Program-made: the position numbers and the translations under genes | The notes under the pieces: generated by a model | Databases searched by the model: none | What the model was told of the DNA's origin: nothing | The model's input: only the letters and a program-made list of their open reading frames with translations | Shown here: positions 38,172 to 49,360 of the stretch, piece by piece | Layout of the letters: each line of letters starts with the position of its first letter | Numbering within the stretch: position 1 is the first letter of the stretch | Assembly: GCA_047495785.1 (NCBI GenBank) | Contig: JBLDXI010000029.1 | Coordinates: forward strand, 1,612,001 to 1,676,000 | Source: Lepidodermella squamata | Taxonomy: Eukaryota; Animalia; Gastrotricha | Reading direction: 5' to 3' | DNA length: 64,000 nt

Positions 38172-39620
38172 CCCGCACAGAAAAAACTGGGTGGAAAGAC
38201 GGCATTTTTACATGGCAAAATGTTACATGGTAACTCAGTTCATCTGGCTCCAGGGAACGAGCTGTAAATCTATTACATGGAACAATTGCGCGTTTACATG
38301 GAACATTACTAATACTGGTTCCACCCTCATTCCACCCTAGTTACACCTACTACCACCTACTACCACGGCCCTGTTCTAGTTTCTGTTTCCACCCGATTTC
38401 ATGAAACACGAGAAGTCCGTTTGAAGTTTTGTTTATTAAGCACAGGCCTGATAAACACAAGTCGAAGACAGCTATAATCTGCAAGTCAGGATAACAATTT
38501 AGACTTGAGCGCCAACATAAGCAACAGTAACACACCAGCACGCGCACAATGGTGAATTCAAGAGCGCAAAAAGACGTTCAGAATTTTAGAAGAATATCCA
38601 GGGAAATGTTTACAAGATAGACTGACAATACGATAGAGAGAATAAGAAAGTCGAAAGAAAATGCCATTTAACAGATTGACGAACAGGTTCATAACATTCA
38701 GTGTTTTCGTCGGCTTCGTCCCCTTTTTTCTGGCTCTCCAGTCGCACCTCGGACTTTTCCTCGGAAGCTCGCATCATCAGCTGCTTCTTGATTCTTGATC
38801 TCCCGAATTTCCGCAGTTGATACTTCAGGCTCGTCTGTTTCCGTAATTTTCGCATAGGTAGCTCTGTCACCTTTCGATACCATATGAAAGATCGGTCGGT
38901 CATCTGAAACGAGCCGGAAACTTTTCTGTATTCACAAAAATTCTCCGGGAAAAGTCACTAACCTTGGCTGCCGTAATAACACCTCGAAATTTAGGACAAA
39001 TCTTCGCATGAGGAATTGAACTGCTTGGTCGTACAAAAATTAAACAGGAATTCTAAAAAGAAAATTTATTAAAAATTGCGTTAGGAACAAAAAAAATAAT
39101 CATTAGAGACAAGTTAGAACAGACTAGTTATGACAAAGTCATAGAGAATAGCGCCACGTGCAACTTATTTTGCCAAGTTCAAATTTTTGAATTAAACGGA
39201 CCTCGGCGTGGTGTCACTTGCAAACGGCACGTTGAGGCCAGGCTTCAACAGTAGAACGCATGCGAATATTGGTTGGAATGCGGAATGTAAAGACGCCATT
39301 TTTCCATATTATTCCAAATTGTTCCATGTAAGCAAAACTTCGTGTATTCGCATGAAAAAATTGCGTAGTTACATGTCATATTTTGTGTGTAATCTCGACT
39401 AAATTCCATCTGCCTTTGATTTCACCAAATTACATGTAAACACCCCACATTGCATCGGCGATTTTTCACGCATCTCCATGTAAACCTGTGTAAGCGCGCA
39501 ATTATTCCATGTAACAACAACATCCATCTTGTTACACCCGCAGATACATGTAAAAATCGCTCCTTTACATGTCAAAATGTCGTCTCTACACTTTATTACA
39601 CCCAGTTTTTTCTGTGCGGG
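38172..39620. mobile_element. Nested non-autonomous TIR element (CACTA/CMC-like: 2-bp flanks, subterminal repeats)
   Basis: GA|CCCGCACAGAAAAAACTGGGTG ... CACCCAGTTTTTTCTGTGCGGG|GA; many TTACATG/CATGTAA subterminal motifs at both ends. Confidence 0.8.
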
Positions 39621-42080
39621 GATCTATCCACCTTAATTTACTGGGGTAATTTTTCCTTGTAAAATGATCGAACTGATCGATGGCTATCTTCCTAGTTTCT
39701 GGCGGTTTGTACCTCCTGATGTGAGATGGTTACAAGTTCTCTATTTTGGGTTTGCCGCTTTCAAATTATTAAAACGGAGAGATTTCATAAACCCTGGACC
39801 TGTTTTCTATCTGGAACATGCAATAAAAATTGCGCTTCAAACCTTTTTCACCTTTCCCTTGTGACTTCATCTTGAGCAAAACTTTATTTGAAATTTGTGG
39901 AACCATGGGTTGTAACGTGGTATACGATTTCTAGCTTTCAAGATATCTGAAAGACTGGTACCAAGACATGGGAAAATCGAGAAGGCTGGGTTGCAATTTT
40001 AGCTTTTAGGTAGTCTCATAAAATGTTCTGCATCATCCACCGTATAAATTGGAAATAAGTTTCAAGTTTGAATTTTCTCGTCAAAATGTTGATTAAGAAA
40101 AAATGAAAATGATACAATGTTCTCTCGACTCTCGACGCTTGAATTCGTGTTTAGTTTTTCAGCGATTTTACAGGAGACTATTGGCGATATTTTACTAAAA
40201 GTTGCGTGTGCTGTGTGCTCGCGGTAATATGAATCAGGAATTCATTACTACAAAATTTAGAACTCATTTTTCGCGCGCACGTTTATCTTCTAAAATGAAG
40301 AAGAAATGCGGTAAAAAAAGTTTAACTGTGTGAGTGCGCGCGCCTAAAAACAGCCCGTGTGCTCTCAAATCTGCGCGCTGCAAGTCGAAAGGTGTATTAA
40401 ATGCGCGAGGTTGTGCGCGCGCTGCAAAAAAGCCCACACAAACACACACGCGCGCGCACTAACAAAAAGATTTATTCCCGCAATTTATTCCCCACTTCAT
40501 CCGTGGTCATGCTCAAGCATGCAACCTAGCCCAACCTTTCACGCTGAATCCGAATATCTTATCATTTTGTGAAATTAGTCTTGATTTTCTTTCATAATGA
40601 AAAAGGTTAGAATTTCTCCCAATTTCAAATATTCTATGGCCTTGTTGTAAGCTTGCTGTTGGACTCAGGAGAGCAATTTGTAGCAGTCAGTTGTTATAAA
40701 ACATGAATGTTCACCTCGCAGCTTGTTACTGGCAACTATATTGTGAATTGATTGAGACGCTAATACAGTGCTCCGCAAACCTTTTTCACCTCTGGCATTT
40801 TTGGCGGCCGAAAAGCCTTGCTTCGGCCGCAGTAACGAACAGGCCCTTCTCCGGTCGCACCGACATTGGCAATGTCCTTTCATCGGCCGCAAATTTTGTT
40901 TTTGCAAGCAACTTTTTTCCATGACCAATTTTCTTTCGCTTAGTTCTATGCGCTTAGTGAAGGCGGTAATTTACAGAGGCCTCAAGAGCGAACTTCAACC
41001 GCCTAAACCGACGTTTTGCCACAACTTGAGTCATCAGAAGCGAGCAAAAGAGGTTGCTTTTATTCGCGAGCAAAGCGAGCTTGAGCTAACGGTATTTCAC
41101 AGGAATATTTGCTGAGAATAGTCTAAAATAGACTGATTCGTCATGATCGAAGGAAACGGGTTAGCCAGCCGCATTCCAGCCATCATTCGAGAAAAGCTTC
41201 CCGGCCGCGATGAACTGCCCTGCCGACCTTCGAAAAAGGCTTCGAAAAAGGGGGTTGTAAACGGGACGTGCTACAATTGCGAGCATGCGACTTTATCGTT
41301 TCAAAGCAAGTTTTCAAGTGTTAAAATTGAGTAAAAATAAAAATAAATTTTTAATTTTTGAACTAAAGCCAACAGCTTTTCATCAAAATCGAGAACTTCA
41401 TCGTTCGATTGCGAGTTGAAATTTAGGTATTGAAATTTTAAAATGTTAGTTTTCTTCAAATCATGAATGATAGGAAATCGACAGTTACTTCGGCAATTTT
41501 CGTTGCTGAACTTCTCTCACTCGGCTATGTTTCGCCATTTTCTATCAAACATGCCCATCAAATGCCTCAGAAATGGAATTTCAAAAATTACGCGCAATTA
41601 TTTTTAAATCCGATTTTCAAAAATTGAATTAAAAATTAGGTCCGGGTAGCTATTGCGAGTACGAGGCCTTACTTTATTTTTTCAAAGGCCTTAAAAGGGG
41701 GGTTTGTAAACGGGCGGAAATAACGGTTATTTGAAGCTATTAGGTACGGAATATACGGTAATTGTGGTAAGCGCTTCTACACTCGCATCTCGCATCGCAA
41801 GCAAGGATGCTCAATAGAATTTAAAAGAATTCGTAGTAATTCAATGGTTTTGTCGAAATTAAAAATGATGGGGAAACGCGATGAAAACCGCAACGCCGCC
41901 TTATAGTATGGATACATACAGCAGCAATCAGCGTAAATCGCGTGGTTTTCTCCTATCATATCAGACGTAAGGTACGTATAACGTATAATAAAGCGCTGTG
42001 CTGCGCACACACGAGTTCTATCATAGGTAATTGCGTTTACCGTGAAATTCGAGTATTAGCCAATTTGGCGCGTTTGTCAT

Positions 42081-42395
42081 TAAATATCTTTTTAAATACG
42101 AGGGTGATGTAGTTATTTTTTCAGAATTCTGAATGGTTACGGTCTGTTTCAACTGGTTGATAAAAAATTGCTGCGTTTCACTGGCTGGTTTTTTCTTGAA
42201 AGGAGATTTTGTAGGAAAATATAGACTTTTGGCCAGATTTACGGGGTTTTCAATTAATATCTTTTTAATTTCGAGGATTATATAACTATTTTCTTCAGAA
42301 TTTTGAATGGTTGGGGCCTAGTTCAACTGGTTTACAAAGAATTTCTAGATTTTACAGGCTGGCATTTTCTTAAAACGAGAGTTTATAGGAAAATG
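42081..42395 (+). repeat. Diverged tandem duplication, ~174-bp period
   Basis: Both units contain aatatcttttta...cgagg...ttcagaatt(c/t)tgaatggtt...ttcaactggtt...ggctgg...taggaaaat. Confidence 0.7.
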
Positions 42396-44155
42396 TTGAT
42401 TGTACGCGATGTTCGAATTCGTCTTTCAGCTGCCAGTTTATTAATATTTCGTCTTTGAATAAAAATTCACTGTATGGAAAAGGTGACATGCACTGAAGAG
42501 AACAATCGACGAGAAAATGACATAGTTTTAACCTATGGTTCATGTTCCTCGGCGAATTAAGACAGTAAAGCGAGATTTTCAGTGTTCAAGTTGGAATCGG
42601 TGTAGCTAAGGGATTTCGTGGATGACTACTACATTTTTCCACTGAATATCAGTGCCAAGGACCTGTCAAATGGAACTAACGGTTGATCATTAACAATTGC
42701 TGGCTATATTATTCCGAATGAATAGAAATTGCTGTCGAATGTGAAAAAATGTATCCTGTTTTATAGAATTATGTGGCGATTGTAAATAATCTAGCCACAA
42801 GAATTTCTTTATCACCCAACATAATCAACCGTTTGGCCCTCGACTTCGATTCTAAGCGGAAAAATTTCATCATCATCCACGAAATTAAAATATTACACCG
42901 ATTCATTGCTTATCACTGTCAAACTTGAATTTCAATTAATTTTTTAGGAGGAGAATTGGTCATCGATTGGAACAATATCATATTAACGTAAATTGGTCCC
43001 TGCAGTGCCTCTCATTCTTCAAACAAGAGTGAATTTTCATCTTATGATGAAATACCAATTTATCGGCTGCTTAACGACGGACAAGAGCATCAAGCCAAGT
43101 CAGGTTTTCCCTCAAAAAACTGGTTTTCTGAAAAAACCAGCCGGCAGAAAATGAGCGAATCTCAGGCCGACTTTTAATGAAGGGCTAAGGCATAAGATTG
43201 TCTGACAACATATTAGCATCATCCACGAAAATCTAAAAAAATTTCAATGAAACCAAACCAAATTCGTTAGGGCTCGAAGTAAAAAAGTGGTACGGTAGTA
43301 CTCTTATGTGTGCGTAGTATATTCATAAACAGAACGCGCGCTTTGGCGCAGCGCATAATAGCATAAATGTTAGCGCGCGCTATAATACAATGAAATGTAT
43401 GGTCAATCGAAAGCAGTTATTATGCCGCAATGCCGATATATCAACGACATGGACTAACTTCAATTTCTTCAATCCGGAACTAATCCGGAAAATGCAGTTA
43501 ACATTGCAAGATTTCTATGTCAGCTATTCTCCAATATTCGGAAGTGAGAAAAAGTGACATGGGGCATAAATGAAGTAAGATTTTTCCGAAAACTGAGTGG
43601 CCACATAAGTGTCTGTAGTGCCCAACATGAAGTTTACGTCGTCTAATGCGGAAATTTATCGTTAGTCGCGTATGTTTTTTTCCGGGCTAAGATTTTGCAC
43701 GTCTGCCTAGATCCAGATTTGACGTTAAAAGTGTCTGTATGTTCGAATTTTGAAGGGCAAAAACCAATTTGATAGAGAAATTTATGGCGTAAGGAGTTAG
43801 TACATGTTCATTTTTCAAAGTTATGCAGAACTGATTATTAGGCCAAGGAACATCGTTCATTTGTTAACAAGGAAAATGAAAATTCTACTTTAGCTACACG
43901 TTCACATCGTACTGATTGATGTTCCGATTAAGCTCAAAAATTGCTGTTGATAATTACGTCATTCTTCCTCGTTCCGAACACTCATGCAGAAGATACTTGT
44001 AGGCGTTGACCTTAGTCTTGCTCATATCTTTTGCTTACCTACTAAATTAGCCCTAATTGGGCAGCAGAGGATGTTTCAGTGTCTAGATTTCCAACTCGCA
44101 TTCAAGTCTTATTAGTTTGTATTCTATCCTGAAAGACTATCTCATTTTCGACAGA

Positions 44156-45041
44156 ATGGGCTTGGTTGGCTCGGTTTTCCGTGATCGAGAGCGTAGCAGT
44201 GACATTCAAAAGCGGAGAATTCTCGCCGATCGCCAAGTCAGAAGCGCATTTGTCGCCCTGGAATACGCGAATCGCTTTCAAATCAACAGCGGCTACAAGG
44301 AAAAGCCACATCTTTTCATTTCCTCCCGACTGACCCCGACTCCAGAGGAAATCGACGTAATTCGACGAAGTTTCGAACGGATTAAGGGGCAGTCTGAGAA
44401 GATCTCATTGAATGTCATTCGAGGGTATGGAAAATCGATTTTACAACTTTTTAAATGTTTAGCTTTTGTTTACAGGCTTGTAATGCGTATGCCTCAAGCG
44501 AGTGCGATTTTTAGCACCCACGACCCCGCCGGCATTAAACGAGGTGAAACCTTGCGATTTGTCACTCGAGGCTACGTCATGCTCCACGGGCTGGAGCACT
44601 GCATACGGAATCTGGAGAATTTGGACCAGCTGCAGGTGAAAATAGCAGCGTTCGCGGAAACTCATGTCAGGTACAAAGTTCCAATCGAGTCGGTGCCTAT
44701 CGTTGCAGACAACTTTGAAACTGAAATTTTAATCGCATGTCGGGGACTGCACGATAAAACCTGCGCGCTGACATCCGCCAGCAATGCAAGAGCTAAGACT
44801 TGCGATGGAAACGGACACTCGGCATGGAAAATAAACAAGGCCGGCTTGAATCACAGCTCCACGTGCACTGAACAATTTGACGACCATTCAGTTTGCGTTT
44901 TGTGGTAAGCCTTGATTTGCTCATTTCAATTGCATTTACATCATGATTCATTACAGCACGGCATGGAGGAAATTCTTCGATCTCGTTAATATCGTCATGA
45001 TTTCGGAAATGCTCTGTCAGGTTAATGATCAGTCGCATTGA
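44156..45041 (+). CDS. Globin G13 (MGLVGS; E7 Arg, F8 His; H..C...H..CVLC); close paralogue of G12
   Basis: PTPEEIDVIRRSFERIKGQSEKISLNVIRG | LVMRMPQASAIF...FVTRGYVMLHGLEHCI...IAAFAETHVRYKV...GLHDKTC...DHSVCVLC | TAWRKFFDLVNIVMISEM. The last intron splits the second Cys codon. Confidence 0.85.
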
Positions 45042-45192
45042 CCGTGGCTTTCACAGATAATTAGCTTGTGGAGTGAATAACAGCTGATCTACAATCTTGT
45101 AATATTTTTATTCTTAAACCTGGATTACTGCACTTCAACAAAATTGAAAAACGAAGTAAAGTAGGATATATCATATAGATTAATGGCGGTTT

Positions 45193-46579
45193 TTAGGTCG
45201 CGGTTATACGCTTTATCCAATCTAAGACCGAGCAAACGCGTACGAAACTGATGATTTGATACTCGAAGATTTTTGTAAATTCACGCGACCAGACACCTTC
45301 TAAAGTGAAAGCGTTGTCTTTATAGCAGGTAAGCGGACTTCCGCCGATCTCAGCAGAACCAGGTATCCAGTTGAAACCAGTCACCCGGGCGCAAACCATG
45401 TTCGGATGAATTTTGCCGGGCAGTGACGCGTTGTAGTGCTCCTGGCATTCGTCAGGCTGTATAAGATTCACGGCAGCTTTTCGCGTCTTAATCGACCCGG
45501 TCATGAAGCCTGTATTAGTGAACCCGGTGTTGGTTATGATGGATTGATCGCTTGTCATGCATGGGTCTTCGCACGATGCTGGCAGGCATATCGGCTGAAT
45601 ATTCCATGAATCGAAAGTTATAGGACGTGGGACAGTCGCATTCCCTATAATCGAAAAATCATTAATCTCCTTTAAGATTAAAAATTATAAATCTCTTGGC
45701 AATGAGTCAATTTAATGATGAAATCGATTTTCTCGAGGATATCGAAAAATAAGGCGCTTACTTGATATTTTAACTAGACAGAAGTCGTAGCCCATCCTAG
45801 TTGCATGCGACAGTGGATGGATTACAATTTCGGAAGAAGTCGACATGAAGGAGACTTTGACACCAAATTTGTCGTTCATAAAACCACTCGTCCATCCTCC
45901 AACGATAGTCAGCGCCTTCGGAGCCAATGCGACGCAACAATTCGCAGAAGTCAAGACCCAATCAGCATTCACAAGTGCCCCACCACATGCTGTTGATTGG
46001 TTGAAAAAATGCCGTCCGGATAGCCAGACCTGCGCCATGAGAGTAACCTATGTAATTTGCCTTAAGGCAGCTGTTTGTGATCGAGCATGCACGTTATTCC
46101 TTACCTGCCACGGGAATTCGTGATTTTCTGTCGCAACGTAGCCTGCATCTGTCAGAACACCGAAATTTCCTATTACATCAGTGCTGTTGCTTCGGATATC
46201 ATTTCGACTCCATAAAATACTACGGCCACATTTTCCTTGTACACTAGGAGGGACTGGTATCCTATCTGTGATGAAATATAATGTTAAGGATTAAAAATAT
46301 TTTTAGAATTTAACCATGAAATGCAATCGCAGAGTTGCCTGGAGGTGGAAGGGTGATGTTGTCGATCGCTTCAGCTTGTTCCCTCGACTTGCTTGTAGCT
46401 CTCCTTGTAGAACTAGGAGCTAAATAGTCGCCGTAAGTTATCGAAGGGTTGAGAGTATGGAGTAAACTTGGCATCGAAGGCTCGGGCGTAACCCGAACAT
46501 TGGCAAAGCACGCCGATGTCAACGATTTGCGGCTGACGATGTGGAAAAGCGATATAAGAACGAAAGCAAAGTTGGCCAT
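45193..46579 (-). CDS. Secreted trypsin-family (S1) serine protease homologue, predicted catalytically inactive
   Basis: Signal peptide MANFAFVLISLFHIVS; HEFPWQ; CGGALVNADWVLTSANCC (His->Asn); YDFCLVKI; NIQPICLP; MVCA; PGSAEIGGSPLTC (GDSGGP lost); FVRVCSVLDWI. Confidence 0.85.
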
Positions 46580-47448
46580 TTTTCAGCCGCTAATTATCAA
46601 ATATTTCGCATTCGTAAAAATGGCCGGCATGTTGTAGGTTAAACACGACGCGGTGTAAATTGCGCGACTTGGTTACATATAAATTTTCTTGTGTTGTTGT
46701 TATCGTCCCAACAAGCATTTCATCTTTCATCTTTCATCCGGCTCTCAATTTCACGTAAATAACTGCGCTGCTGATCGTTGTTGTAGCATTTATTAGTGAG
46801 TGACTTAGCGACTCGATACTCTCGCCGGTGAAACAGCTGTTTCATGAAAAATGCCAGCGACTCGCGCAAGTGTGTGTGTTGTAATTATTAACAGGTCGCG
46901 CGACGCCGGGCGCGGCCTGGTTTAATGCGCGCTGGTAAATAAATAACGGCGTGTTTACATAGCGACCACTGAGCTATGCGGTTTCGGCACAATTACTAGC
47001 AAAACCTAATTTTAAGTTGCCCTACATTAACCAAGCCACACCGCTGTACGCAGGCACTATTTTTCATTTTGAGAACGCTCGACCGTGGATAGTCGATTTT
47101 GATAATAGAAATGCACTCATGTGAGGGAAATAAATTTGTTTTACTCATCGCTTCCGGGGACGTATTTTTTGAAGAAAAAATTGATCGTAGTGTAATGAAA
47201 GTGTTAACGAATTTTGCGTCAGTGAACCAAAATATTGATCGCGCATGAATCTTCTTCAGGCTTTTAATCCGCGTAAGTAAGTGTACATCATTTCTTTTTG
47301 CCAAGCAATTAAACGCGCCTGTTTTTGGACAATTAAGTCCAATTTACCTTATGCTGGCAGATGCCAATCATCATAATTGCAAAACTTCGTTATTTATGTG
47401 TTTTACTCTTCGGTTTCCTGGTTTATTGATTCTGGACAGCGTAAAAGG

Positions 47449-47675
47449 TGCGAATGGTCAGAAAAAGTCGCAGGAGGCGTAGGGCATTGCTGGAATGCAC
47501 ACAGTTTTAATGAGGAGTTTCGAGAAATTGGAGAATTTCAGGAATTGCTCCAACATTGAACGTCGCCGATGTCGCACTTCTTCAAGCTCCTCAGTTTCTC
47601 GCAACTCCTTATTAAAGTGGCGCGCATTCCATCAACGTACTACGCCACCCCCGCTGCTTTTTCTGACCGTCGCAA
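47449..47675. repeat. Imperfect palindrome / MITE-like fold-back (~225 bp)
   Basis: ggtcagaaaaag...ggcgtag...tggaatgc...taatgaggagtttcgagaaa pairs with tttctcgcaactccttatta...gcattcca...ctacgcc...ctttttctgacc. Confidence 0.7.
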
Positions 47676-48408
47676 TGCGTATTTCATGACTTTTCCAAAG
47701 AATAATTAGGGCGCGTCCCAGGACTCACTGTGAAGAATTTAACGATGTTAATTAGTGAGGGACTCTATCGCCTATTTTGATTCTTAGTTTGGGCCAACGG
47801 GATGAAATATCACACGAATATATGATTTTTAGTATTCCTGTACAAATTCAGTCCAAATGTACCTCCCCGCACCTTTACCACGCCTTTTATCAATCATTCG
47901 TCGTTTGATTATCCAAAGCATCAACATATATAAATTATGCATAGCTCTTTCATAAATGCCACTTTTCACTTGTCGTCGTCAAGTTTTGATTTAATTAGGC
48001 GAGCGAAGACGTATAAGACGAAAATCTGACAAAAGCGCAAGTATATAACCGATTACGCTCAGTAAAGTCCCGAACGAGACAAAAAAGACATGAGTGGCTC
48101 ATTCTTAAAGAAGCACGCAAATGCTGAACGAGCGCGTTTCGTGTGCGTGTAGTAGAACTATAATAAATTGCGCGAATTAGATAATGCAAAATACACGCGC
48201 GATCAACTAATCTTCTAGCGGACGGAATAATCTCTCTTATCGCGCTGTGCCTCGTTGATCGATTTTGAATCCACAATTCAGCCGTCTGTAATACTTTTGT
48301 AGGCTTAATGCTCGGATTACTCGATTGCGAATTTTACAAACAAAATACGATCTTAGCTTATTTCTCAATGGCTGTAACTTCAGTGCATCAAGTCGATTAA
48401 AGGAGAAA

Positions 48409-49360
48409 ATGGGTCAAAGTGCGTTGACAGGTGACCGTAGACGCTTGAATGATGGTCAAGAAGGCCCGAAGAGTGATGAACCTAAACGGCGGTTAACCGA
48501 CGCCACCGCAGAACTAACTATTCGAAAAACACGAACATTTGACAGGATTTCTACTCTGAACGATCAATCAGCCAAAGATGCACATCTGTGCACGTTCACG
48601 ATCCAGCCGCCATGTACAGTTCTTCACTCAGCTGGTCATTCAGACGCATCGCTAGCTGACGATGGCTATGATGAAGACGAGGAAAGCCTAGCCCCAGAGT
48701 CTGAATGGCTCATAAGCGCCGAAGATAGATCAGTCATTCAGAAGACGTTCGACAACGTGAAAATAGCGAGAGAATACATCGGCTGGAAAGGAATGCAAGG
48801 GTAGAAATTTGTTTGTTCTTATACTCTCTGATCATTTAATTTCTAGGATTTTCGAAACATTTCCCGACGTAGCGCACAGTTTTCGAACATCTCCCCATAC
48901 GCCGATCAAGAAAGGGTAAAAGTGAATTATTTTTAAAATAATTAATAATTCGTCCTTCTTTTTCTCCACAGTGACAACTGGGAGCTAATGGTAAATTGTC
49001 TGACCTATTTTCGGGATTTTTCATTGTCTTTATCTACAGGGTCAGGGTATGACGTTCCTCTCAGGCATCGAGCGTTTCCTGAAACGTATAGGAAGACCAC
49101 GTGGGTTCAGAAGTTATGCCGCCGCGTTGGCGCAATCCCATCGGAAGTACTCTGTGTCTCCACACTACATGTTGACAGCGCTGGAAATATTCCAAAGCGT
49201 CATAGTCACGCATCTTACCAGCCGCGAATCGCAAATTGAGGGCGAAAAAATTCGTGCGTCATGGACACATTTTTTCGATGTGCTACGTAATGAACTCGCC
49301 TCGGCCTCAAACGCAGTAGCGACTAACGAGCAGCTTTGTCCTTACTACTCGAGTGAATGA
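48409..49360 (+). CDS. Globin G14 (MGQS; E7 Gln, F8 His; includes a 20-nt micro-exon)
   Basis: ISAEDRSVIQKTFDNVKIAREYIGWKGMQG | IFETFPDVAHSF...IKK | GDNWELM (48971-48990) | GQGMTFLSGIERFL...YAAALAQSHRKYSV...RASWTHFFDVL. Confidence 0.85.

Larger units (their letters stand above)
37193..43439. mobile_element. ~6.2-kb composite non-autonomous DNA transposon with ~95-bp TIRs, containing nested insertions
   Basis: Left ATATCGGTATTGCGGCATAATAACTGCTTTTGATTGACC...GCGCGCTAACATTTATGCTATTATGCGC is the reverse complement of right GCGCATAATAGCATAAATGTTAGCGCGC...GGTCAATCGAAAGCAGTTATTATGCCGCAATGCCGATAT. No transposase ORF recognised. Confidence 0.75.

Noticed and set aside
38200-39575. CRISPR-like array from recurring TTACATG motifs
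   Set aside because: Motifs are 7-8 nt, irregularly spaced, in both orientations and inside TIRs in a eukaryotic context; they are subterminal transposon repeats.
37790-42010. Short ORFs inside the 6.2-kb element as a transposase or captured gene
   Set aside because: No DDE, HTH or other recognisable motif, and no consistent splice model.
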